This document shows, in pieces, positions 56,606 to 64,000 of a DNA stretch of 64,000 nt. The notes under the pieces are model-generated. The model was not told the origin of the DNA. It did not search any database and saw only the letters and a program-made list of their open reading frames with translations. The stretch covers positions 11,896 through 75,895 of the forward strand of contig JABJOE010000002.1 of NCBI GenBank assembly GCA_018664485.1, read 5' to 3'. The translations under genes were made by a program, and so were the position numbers. Positions within the stretch are counted from its first letter, which is position 1; each line of letters opens with the position of its first letter. The DNA is from Candidatus Uhrbacteria bacterium (GTDB lineage Bacteria; Patescibacteriota; Patescibacteriia; UBA9934).

Positions 56606-57736
56606 ATGAAAAACAAAAAAATATTTATCAGTTTCGCGTTTGTTGCAGGTTTAGCTGCATTGCTCGGCTCACACTTTGTTTATCAGCCCGTAACTGTCCA
56701 GACAGAGCCCATTGTTATTGGATATATGGGGGCGTTAACCGGGTCAGCAGCATTTATCGGAAAAAGTACTCAGGCTGGGATTATGCTGGCGGCTGATCAG
56801 GTAAATGAGGAGGGAGGGGTGTTGGGACGGCCTATCGAGATTATATATGAGGATAGCGCATGTGATGCCACTACGGCCGCTACGGCAGCAATGAAGTTAA
56901 TAAATATTGATAATGTAGTTGGAATTATAGGAGCTCTGTGCTCGCATGCCACGCTTGCGGCGGCACCAATAGCAGAGGCGGCGCAGATACCTCTAATATC
57001 TTACACTTCGAGCGCGCCAGCTATCACGGATGCGGGCGAATATATTTTTCGTGTTGTTCCGTCGGATGTTTTTCAAGCGCAACACGCCGCACGTTATTTA
57101 CACGAGGACCTACAGGTAGAGCGTGTGGCGATTCTTCATTGTAGAAATGATTATTGCGAAGGCAATAAGGAAGCTTTCCTGGAGGCATTTAAGGGGGAGG
57201 TGACATCGCAAGAAGGACATGAAGAGGGTGCAACAGACTTACGAACACAGATCATTAAAGTCATGGCAACAAACCCGGAGGCAGTGTACTTTTTGGGCTT
57301 TCCAACAGATACCGTAGTTGGCATCAAACAAATGGCAGAGCTCGGTTTTTTAGACCGGGTAAAGGTGCTTGGCCCAGATACTTGGTCTACACAAACTATT
57401 TGGGACAGCTTAGGCGCTCTTGCTGATGGGGTTATGTATATGCAGCCAGGAAATATTAAAGACGATACGTCATTCTCGAAGGACATTCTGGCTTATTTAG
57501 CACCCGAAGAAATTAGCGTTTACACTTCTCGTGCTTATGACGCCTTGCGTATTATGACGCAATCAATCAATATATCTGAAGGTGTTAATGGCGAAGATAT
57601 TGTAGAGACGCTATATGAACTTAGTAATTATCAGGGTGTTGCAGACTCGTATTCATTTGATCAAAACGGCGATGTTGTTGGTGCGACGTACGATATTCTC
57701 CAGATTCAGGACGGGTTACCTGTGTTAATTAAATAA
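56606..57736 (+). CDS. periplasmic substrate-binding protein, branched-chain amino-acid (LivJ/LivK, type 1 PBP) family; no cognate permease/ATPase genes adjacent
   Basis: Signal/anchor then IGYMGALTGSAAFIGKSTQAGIMLAADQVNEEGGVLGRPIEIIYEDSACD...VVGIIGALCS, typical of Leu/Ile/Val-binding proteins. Confidence 0.8.
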   Translation: MKNKKIFISFAFVAGLAALLGSHFVYQPVTVQTEPIVIGYMGALTGSAAFIGKSTQAGIMLAADQVNEEGGVLGRPIEIIYEDSACDATTAATAAMKLINIDNVVGIIGALCSHATLAAAPIAEAAQIPLISYTSSAPAITDAGEYIFRVVPSDVFQAQHAARYLHEDLQVERVAILHCRNDYCEGNKEAFLEAFKGEVTSQEGHEEGATDLRTQIIKVMATNPEAVYFLGFPTDTVVGIKQMAELGFLDRVKVLGPDTWSTQTIWDSLGALADGVMYMQPGNIKDDTSFSKDILAYLAPEEISVYTSRAYDALRIMTQSINISEGVNGEDIVETLYELSNYQGVADSYSFDQNGDVVGATYDILQIQDGLPVLIK

Positions 57737-57748
57737 ATGTTTCATGTT

Positions 57749-57785
57749 AAAAAAAACCAGCAGCGCAGGCTGCTGGTTTTTTTGT
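57749..57785. terminator. bidirectional Rho-independent terminator (aaaaaaaaccagcagc-gcag-gctgctggttttttt)
   Basis: Perfect 8-bp stem with flanking A- and T-tracts between the SBP gene and the minus-strand 134-aa gene. Confidence 0.65.
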
Positions 57786-57789
57786 TTGT

Positions 57790-58194
57790 CTACAGGCTTG
57801 TTTCTTGCAATATTCGCACAATAGCGTCGAGTGGAAGTGATGCGAGGTTCTTTGGAATTACCTCTACAATCATTTTCATTACATCCGGGTGCATTTCTTC
57901 TACTAGTGCATTTTTGTGAGCTTCTGGTGCGCACAGGAGAATCTCTTCATCTTCACCCTGAACGTACACCATTAGTTTCTTGTTTAGGTCCTTGTACAGG
58001 TCTTGCCGAACGCGGTGTCGGACTTCATCTGACGGGGAACTTCCTTCTCCAGGTGATTCAATCTCTTCCCCCTCAAGTACCTCAATCTCTTCTATTTCTT
58101 TTTCGAATGCTCGAAAGATTTTTGCCACCTCGTTGTTTGTAACTACGATAAGTGTGCGTTTTGGATAGCCGAGATAATGATTTGAAATCTGCAT
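57790..58194 (-). CDS. hypothetical acidic protein, possibly host-attachment/bacterial eRF1-like family
   Basis: N-terminal RTLIVVTNNEVAKIFRAF resembles the WILVADGSRARIF start of the PF10116-like proteins; weak evidence. Confidence 0.35.
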   Translation of the reverse strand: MQISNHYLGYPKRTLIVVTNNEVAKIFRAFEKEIEEIEVLEGEEIESPGEGSSPSDEVRHRVRQDLYKDLNKKLMVYVQGEDEEILLCAPEAHKNALVEEMHPDVMKMIVEVIPKNLASLPLDAIVRILQETSL

Positions 58195-58368
58195 AGTAGG
58201 GGTTACGTGTTTGAACTAATTCGACATTGCAGGTTATTCCAGAGTGTAGTCACAGACGTTTCTATGACGGAAACTAATTTTAAAACTGCAAATGCTTCGA
58301 ACGACTATATACATTATAGCTTTTTGTGCGCGTGAGGTCGAGTTGAAACGTGATATACTCGGAGCGAT

Positions 58369-59070
58369 ATGGAAGGAGGATTACGTGTGCGCGCAGGCGC
58401 CTTCATGCGGGAAATTGTTTTTGGACTCGAGGATAGTCTCGTGTCGACGTTAGGTGCTGTGACCGGAATTGCGGTTGGTACCGGAAATCGATACGTGGTG
58501 ATTCTTTCGGGCTTAGTTTTAATTGCTGTTGAAGCGTTGTCGATGTCGGCAGGTAGTTATCTCTCTTCAAAATCGGCACGAGAAGTTTTTGACCGAAGGC
58601 TTAAGCAAGATCAATCGCGTTTACTTCAAGAGCGGGTGGATGACGATACTACGTTTGCGAATGTTCTTAAAAAAGCAAAACTTTCAGCGAAAGATCAGAG
58701 CAAGGTTCTCTCAGCGCTTGGAAAAGAACGAAAGCTTTGGATGAAAGAAGTACAGCGCTGTGAACATAGGTTCGCGCCAGCTGTTTCATCGTCACCAGTA
58801 ACGTCAGGAATTGTGATGGGATTATTTTATCTTTTGGGTGGAGGTATTCCGCTGATTGCATATTTGGTTTTGCCAGTTGAGGATGCGATGATTCCGTCAA
58901 TTGTTATTACCGGAATAGTATTGTTTGCTGTTGGAGTTTTGAAGGCTCGTTATGTGCAGGGCCACTGGCTAAAGAGTGGGATGGAGATGATGCTAGTATC
59001 ACTTACGGCTGCACTCTTAGGGTTCTTGATTGGTAATTTGGCCGCAGGTTTTTTAGGGGTTTCGATATAA
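58369..59070 (+). CDS. VIT1/CCC1-family (iron/manganese transporter-like) membrane protein
   Basis: FGLEDSLVSTLGAVTGIAVG signature and C-terminal TM helices; the start may be the internal Met at 58405. Confidence 0.75.
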   Translation: MEGGLRVRAGAFMREIVFGLEDSLVSTLGAVTGIAVGTGNRYVVILSGLVLIAVEALSMSAGSYLSSKSAREVFDRRLKQDQSRLLQERVDDDTTFANVLKKAKLSAKDQSKVLSALGKERKLWMKEVQRCEHRFAPAVSSSPVTSGIVMGLFYLLGGGIPLIAYLVLPVEDAMIPSIVITGIVLFAVGVLKARYVQGHWLKSGMEMMLVSLTAALLGFLIGNLAAGFLGVSI

Positions 59071-59073
59071 AGT

Positions 59074-60069
59074 ATGTTTTTGCATAGATTGGGAAAATCA
59101 CATGCGCCGGAGTTTCCAGGGAAGCTTACTTGGCTTAACAGCGATCCGCTTACGTTAAAGTCGTTGCGCGGAGAAGTTGTTTTGATCGATTTTTGGACGT
59201 ATTCATGTGTGAATTGTGTTCGAACATTCCCACATATTAGTGATTGGCATAAGCGCTACGGTGACAAAGGGCTGACAATAATTGGAGTTCATACACCAGA
59301 GTTTGATTTTGAGCATGACGAAAAAAATGTTCAAAGAGCCCTGAAGCAATTCAAGCTTAAGTACCCAGTTGTTTTAGATCCTGACTATGCTATTTGGAAT
59401 TTGTATTCGAATCGTTGGTGGCCACGGCATTTTCTTATAAATAAGGACGGATCAATCGTGTACGACCATGTTGGAGAAGGCGGATATGCGGAAACGGAGA
59501 TGGCGATTCAGCGCGCACTCGGCGAGATCGGTGTAACGGACCTTCCACCCGTGGCGCCAGACATGGGGTCTGCCGGTGGAATTTGTTACCGCACAACGCC
59601 TGAGACCTATCTTGGTTATGTGCGTGGGAAATTTGCGAACGCTCAAGGTATCGCACCAAACACAGAAGAGTCGTTTACTGTAGACGGAGATTTCGCACCG
59701 GACAAGGTGTATCTTCACGGTCATTTCAAAATCGAAAAGGAGGGGGTGGTTCACGGGCGTGCGCTTCCTGCGGCGAATGAATACCTAGCACTTCGCTACA
59801 GTGCTTTTTCTGTGAATCTTGTTACGGGGTCCACAAATAATCGAAAAGCAAAGATAGAAATTCTTTTAGATGAGCAGCCTCTTCCAGAAGATATGGCCGG
59901 GGACGATGTTGTTATGGAGGGAGGTAAGGCGATTGCATATGTTAACGCACATCGCATGTATAAGCTTATTGATTCGGACGCATACCACCAAGGAGTATTA
60001 AAGTTAAAAACAGCATCAGACAATCTTGAGATGTTTGCCTTCACTTTTGGGGGTTGCAAAGGGCAATAA
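59074..60069 (+). CDS. thioredoxin-fold redoxin (CxxC) with a C-terminal beta-sandwich domain (DipZ C-terminal-like)
   Basis: VVLIDFWTYSCVNCVRTFPHI...GVHTPEF is the TlpA/redoxin pattern; about 150 aa of extra C-terminal domain. Confidence 0.7.
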   Translation: MFLHRLGKSHAPEFPGKLTWLNSDPLTLKSLRGEVVLIDFWTYSCVNCVRTFPHISDWHKRYGDKGLTIIGVHTPEFDFEHDEKNVQRALKQFKLKYPVVLDPDYAIWNLYSNRWWPRHFLINKDGSIVYDHVGEGGYAETEMAIQRALGEIGVTDLPPVAPDMGSAGGICYRTTPETYLGYVRGKFANAQGIAPNTEESFTVDGDFAPDKVYLHGHFKIEKEGVVHGRALPAANEYLALRYSAFSVNLVTGSTNNRKAKIEILLDEQPLPEDMAGDDVVMEGGKAIAYVNAHRMYKLIDSDAYHQGVLKLKTASDNLEMFAFTFGGCKGQ

Positions 60070-60090
60070 ATTGCTATAAAGTCCAGCCCT

Positions 60091-61296
60091 ATGGCTAACC
60101 GCGAGGTGTACCTCGATCATGCAGCTACAACACCAATTGACGAGCGGGTGCTTGGAAGCATGCGGCCGTTTCTTTTAGAGAACTTTGGAAACCCCTCAAG
60201 TTTCCACATGATGGGAAAGGTTGTGCGAGATGCGATCGATGATGCGCGCGAAAAAGTCGCTGTTGCGCTCGGTGCTCGACCAGATGAAATTCTTTTCACG
60301 TCTGGCGGTTCTGAATCTGACAATCTTGCGGTGTTGGGTGTAGCGCGAGCGCACATTGAGCACGGAAAACATATCGTGAGTTTGCGCACGGAACACCAGG
60401 CAGTCGCCGAGCCGCTTTACCATCTTGAAAAGAAAGAAGGCTTTGAAGTTACTTATGTCGATGTTGATAGAGAAGGCCTAGTCGACGCGCAAGCAGTTAT
60501 TGATGCTATCCGACCCGACACTACACTGGTCACTATTTTATATGCGAACAATGAGATTGGAGTCATCCAGCCAATTTCAGAGATCGGAAACAAAATTCAA
60601 AAGATGCGCGAGGAGACCAAAACTCGCTATCCACTTTTTCACACGGATGCATGTCAGGCTGTCGGTACACTAGAGGTCGACGTAAACAAACTGCATGTCG
60701 ATTTAATGACAATAAACAGCTCAAAGATTTACGGACCAAAAGGTGTTGGCGCACTGTACGTTCATCGTGGAATCAAGCTTCGGTCTTTGCAATTCGGTGG
60801 AGCACAGGAGCGCGGAATTCGTCCAGGTACGGAAAACGTTATTGGAATTGTTGGTTTTGGAACGGCTATCGAGATTGCCGCGGAGGAGCGTGAGCAGTAT
60901 AACGAAAAAGTTACGCCTCTTCGTGACTATTGTATTGAGCAGCTTCTGTCAGTCATACCTAAAACTCGCCTGAACGGTCACCCCACAAAACGGTTAGCAA
61001 ACAATGTAAACATTTCCTTCATGGACGTTGAAGGGGAGGCGCTTTTACTGTATTTAGATGCGTCTGGAATTTACGCCTCAACCGGCTCAGCGTGTACGAG
61101 CGCGTCGTTGGACCCAAGTCATGTTATATTGGCGCTTGGATTGCCATACGAGGTAGCACACGGGAGCCTACGCTTCTCGCTAGGACGTTCAACAACGAAA
61201 GAAGACATTGATTATCTTGTGGCGACGCTGCCAGCACTCGTTGAAAGGCTACGAAAGATCAGCCCTGTGAGTGTGGACGAAAAATATTTCCGGTAA
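60091..61296 (+). CDS. cysteine desulfurase (NifS/IscS type, class V aminotransferase)
   Basis: VYLDHAATTPID...; the PLP lysine region SSKIYGPKGVGALYV; the active-site loop STGSACTS. Confidence 0.9.
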   Translation: MANREVYLDHAATTPIDERVLGSMRPFLLENFGNPSSFHMMGKVVRDAIDDAREKVAVALGARPDEILFTSGGSESDNLAVLGVARAHIEHGKHIVSLRTEHQAVAEPLYHLEKKEGFEVTYVDVDREGLVDAQAVIDAIRPDTTLVTILYANNEIGVIQPISEIGNKIQKMREETKTRYPLFHTDACQAVGTLEVDVNKLHVDLMTINSSKIYGPKGVGALYVHRGIKLRSLQFGGAQERGIRPGTENVIGIVGFGTAIEIAAEEREQYNEKVTPLRDYCIEQLLSVIPKTRLNGHPTKRLANNVNISFMDVEGEALLLYLDASGIYASTGSACTSASLDPSHVILALGLPYEVAHGSLRFSLGRSTTKEDIDYLVATLPALVERLRKISPVSVDEKYFR

Positions 61297-61306
61297 AGAT
61301 ACACTT

Positions 61307-61924
61307 ATGGCAATGGAAGGAACACATGTTAGATTCGCTCGCGAGTTGTTGGAGGTTGCTGACGTCACAGACATACAAGCATACTATTCAGGAGCCGTTT
61401 ACCCCGATTCTCGTTATATTACCGGAGTTGCTCGAGAGGTTGTGCACCCGAGAGGCGTTTCCTTACCTGAGGACTTTGAGGGAAAGAGCGATTTTGAGAA
61501 AGGTTGGCTTACGCACGCTTACTATGATGAACATGCCGGTGGAAGGTTGAAAGAAATGTTCGGAATTGAAAAAATAGGGCAAGGAGATGATGCCTGGGTT
61601 AAGGTGACGGCAGCAAAAATGATAGAGGAGCTGGCATCTTTGAAAGTTTTGGGTGACAACGTGAAAGTATTTTCTGCACTTTCTTTTGCGGAGAGTCCAA
61701 ACGGTGAAAAGAGAGAACTTCTTAAAAAATATTACAAAATTCAGAACGGTTATTGTGCTAACGGTTCTGGAAGGGTAGAAAATTTCACGGACATCTATCG
61801 TGCGTTTGTTTCAGAGGGGATGTGGGGAGATCTTATTAAAACAACGGAGTCGCTTAGCGCAGATAACGAGATAGTGAAAAAGATCGAGGCAATTTATCCA
61901 GCAGTTGTTTCCAAAATTATATGA
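61307..61924 (+). CDS. hypothetical protein embedded in the Fe-S assembly gene block
   Basis: Intact 206-aa ORF between the cysteine desulfurase and the NifU-like gene, overlapping the latter by 4 nt; no recognisable domain. Confidence 0.45.
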   Translation: MAMEGTHVRFARELLEVADVTDIQAYYSGAVYPDSRYITGVAREVVHPRGVSLPEDFEGKSDFEKGWLTHAYYDEHAGGRLKEMFGIEKIGQGDDAWVKVTAAKMIEELASLKVLGDNVKVFSALSFAESPNGEKRELLKKYYKIQNGYCANGSGRVENFTDIYRAFVSEGMWGDLIKTTESLSADNEIVKKIEAIYPAVVSKII

Positions 61925-62592
61925 ACGATCACGTATTGCCGCCAATCAAAGGCTCAGGAGGAGACGTTGCCTCACAAGATAAGAAGCAGTCTTGGTTTTA
62001 TTCGGATATTGTAAAAGAACATTTCTTTAATCCGAAAAACTTTTTGGATCGTGACATAAAGGAGGGCGAGTTTAACGCAATGGGAAAGGTTGGGTCTCCC
62101 GCATGTGGAGACGAACTTAAGGTGTGGCTCAACGTCGGAGAAGACGAGAAAATTCTGGACTTTAAATGGAAGACATTCGGTTGTGGGTCTGCAATCGCCA
62201 GCACGTCGATCGCTTCTGTGATGGTTATTGAAAACGGTGGAATGACATTGTCGGAAGCTCGCAAGATTAAGCCTCAGGACATTATGAAAAGGCTTGGTGG
62301 ACTTCCTCAGCGTAAATTTCATTGCAGTGTTTTGTGCGACAAGGCTTTGCGTGATGCTATAAACGACTATTATCGTCGTACCGATCAGATTGATAAGATA
62401 CAGGTTGAGGCAGCGCGAATTATTGACCCTGTGTCGAAGGTGACTGACCGTGATATTGAGGAGGCGGTGCTCGAGGGTGCTATAACGCTCGAGGCTGTGC
62501 AGAAGAAAACTAAAGCAGGAGTTGGTAACCCAGGGGTTTTACCAGCGATTGAAGAGTTGATACGCTTTTACAAAGATAAGTATTTCGGCTAA
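61921..62592 (+). CDS. NifU/IscU-like Fe-S cluster scaffold (N-terminal domain) with a C-terminal extension
   Basis: Three conserved Cys: GSPACGDELKVWL, FKTFGCGSAIASTS and HCSVLCDKALRDAI. Confidence 0.85.
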   Translation: MNDHVLPPIKGSGGDVASQDKKQSWFYSDIVKEHFFNPKNFLDRDIKEGEFNAMGKVGSPACGDELKVWLNVGEDEKILDFKWKTFGCGSAIASTSIASVMVIENGGMTLSEARKIKPQDIMKRLGGLPQRKFHCSVLCDKALRDAINDYYRRTDQIDKIQVEAARIIDPVSKVTDRDIEEAVLEGAITLEAVQKKTKAGVGNPGVLPAIEELIRFYKDKYFG

Positions 62593-62680
62593 ACTGGACT
62601 CGCAACGTAGCGATCTGTCCTATTTTAAAGGGGGACACGATATGTGCGGCAAAAGAATTTTCTTCCAATAAAATAAGACT

Positions 62681-62947
62681 ATGAAATTGACTATCAAAGT
62701 AGATCCAGACCTGTGTATTGGTGCAGCTAGTTGTGTAACTATTGATCCGGCGACTTTTCTATTAAACGAAGAGAATAAGGTTTACGTACTTGACCACGGC
62801 GAGGCTCCTGGAGGACAGGTTTATGAGCGCGTAATCGAGATGACAGAAGATGAAAAAGAAACATTGATTTTGTCAGCTCAGTCATGCCCAACTCTCGCAA
62901 TTTTCATATACGATGAAGCTGGCGAGCAGATTTATCCAGACATGTAG
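62681..62947 (+). CDS. small ferredoxin (single Fe-S cluster, CxxxxxC...CP type)
   Basis: DPDLCIGAASCVTIDP ... SAQSCPTLAI cysteine pattern; 88 aa. Confidence 0.7.
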   Translation: MKLTIKVDPDLCIGAASCVTIDPATFLLNEENKVYVLDHGEAPGGQVYERVIEMTEDEKETLILSAQSCPTLAIFIYDEAGEQIYPDM

Positions 62948-62953
62948 ACCGTT

Positions 62954-64000
62954 ATGGCTAAACAGTTTGTTATTATTGGTGGCGGAATTGCGGGGACGAC
63001 AGCCGCTGACCAAATTCGTAAAATCGATGCAGACGCATCCATTACAATAATCGACGAGGAGTTTCACCCTCTGTATTCGCGCATCTTGCTCGTGCATTAC
63101 CTTGAAGAAAAGGTTCCACGCGAGCGAGTTTTTATGAAGAAGTTAGAGTGGTATACCAAAAATAACATTGAGCTGATGAGCGGTGTGATTGCAAAGGCAA
63201 TAGACACCAAAAACAAATTTGTTACAACAAGTGACGATCGAGAGCTTCCTTACGACGAACTACTTATTACAACGGGTGGGGAGCTGCGAATGATAGAAGA
63301 CGATAGGCGCGGCATTGCTTATTTTAGAAGCATGGATGACGCTGATTATATTTTGAAACTTGTTAACGAGTTGCGTGCGCAGCCAAAGAAGGACTGGCAT
63401 GGACTGATTTACGGAGGAGGCTTCATTGCCATTGAATTTATAAAAATATTCGATCACTATAATATTCCGATGACCATCATGATGCGTGGTGACGGTTTCT
63501 GGTCACGTGTATTGAGCGACCACTCCAAGAAAGTGCTCGCAGATCACGCAAAGGCTGGCGGGGTTACGATTATAAACGGAGTGAAGGAGTTTGATTTTAT
63601 CGGAGAAGGTGACTTTGAGGGTGTTGTCGTTGACGGAAAAGAAATTAAAGGGCAGATGCTTGGAGTCGGAATCGGCATGCAGAGCAAGGCTGCGTTCGTG
63701 CGCGAGGCGGGTATTGAGATGGACCAAGGTATTGTTGCAAACTCATTTCTCGAAACTAGCACGGACAACGTGTATACTGCAGGAGACATTGCACAGTATG
63801 AAGATGTGTCTGCGGGCCGATCAATGGTTGCCGGTAACTGGATGAAGGCCGTGATGCAAGGGCGCGTGGTCGCACAGACAATGACGGGGACGCGGACAGA
63901 GTTCGAGCTCGTTTCATCCTATTCAACACATTTGATGGGGAAGGAGATCGTATTTATTGGTGACACGGACCGTAGTGCTGCTGATAAAGTTGTTCAGCAC
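62954..64000 (+). CDS. FAD-dependent pyridine nucleotide-disulfide oxidoreductase (ferredoxin/rubredoxin reductase or NADH oxidase-like), 3' end beyond the window
   Basis: Starts MAKQFVIIGGGIAGTTAAD (GxGxxG) with a second Rossmann motif LIYGGGFIAIEF; the frame is open to the window edge. Confidence 0.8.
   Translation, partial: MAKQFVIIGGGIAGTTAADQIRKIDADASITIIDEEFHPLYSRILLVHYLEEKVPRERVFMKKLEWYTKNNIELMSGVIAKAIDTKNKFVTTSDDRELPYDELLITTGGELRMIEDDRRGIAYFRSMDDADYILKLVNELRAQPKKDWHGLIYGGGFIAIEFIKIFDHYNIPMTIMMRGDGFWSRVLSDHSKKVLADHAKAGGVTIINGVKEFDFIGEGDFEGVVVDGKEIKGQMLGVGIGMQSKAAFVREAGIEMDQGIVANSFLETSTDNVYTAGDIAQYEDVSAGRSMVAGNWMKAVMQGRVVAQTMTGTRTEFELVSSYSTHLMGKEIVFIGDTDRSAADKVVQH

Noticed and set aside
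58195-58368. Possible Mn (yybP-ykoY) riboswitch upstream of the VIT-family transporter gene
   Set aside because: VIT/MntP genes often carry this riboswitch, but I could not recognise its conserved core in the 174-bp leader.

Overview
This window looks like a chromosomal segment from a streamlined, Patescibacteria/CPR-like bacterium that uses the standard genetic code. GC was spot-counted at about 42% in housekeeping genes, against 58-63% in several discrete islands.

Core content:
- The replication-origin neighbourhood: rpmH-rnpA-yidD diverge from dnaA-dnaN, with DnaA boxes on both sides of dnaA.
- Housekeeping genes: ychF, rmuC, rpsT, holA, rnhB, polA, a Xer-type tyrosine recombinase, xth, rpsO, pnp, lspA, comM/yifB, an M23/LysM peptidase, an H+-pyrophosphatase, trigger factor, PBP1A, and an Fe-S assembly block (NifS/IscS, NifU-like, ferredoxin, FAD reductase).
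- Four tRNAs (Arg-CCT, His-GTG, Arg-TCT, Cys-GCA), an unannotated rpmH, and a roughly 360-nt structured RNA bounded by a promoter and a terminator (RNase P RNA candidate).

Accessory or unusual content:
- A 12-kb minus-strand surface-protein operon: an O-antigen-ligase/TPR fusion, a 1626-aa protein with a poly-acidic tail, a 910-aa protein with poly-Gly and D/G/P-rich regions, and two small secreted proteins. A 1.4-kb AT-rich leader precedes it, carrying two perfect DnaA boxes, palindromic repeats and a structured tRNA-Arg trailer.
- A second cluster of three perfect DnaA boxes lies 13 kb from dnaA, upstream of the RNase P RNA candidate.
- GC-rich islands: a gene for a secreted EF-hand protein with a possible degenerate caspase-like motif; a lone secreted protein beside the recombinase; a tandem cassette of two paralogous 105-aa genes; and a small-protein pair decorated with three nested hairpins that share the inner palindrome ACGAGA..TCGT. 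In the tandem cassette the promoter and terminator flanks are more conserved than the coding sequences.
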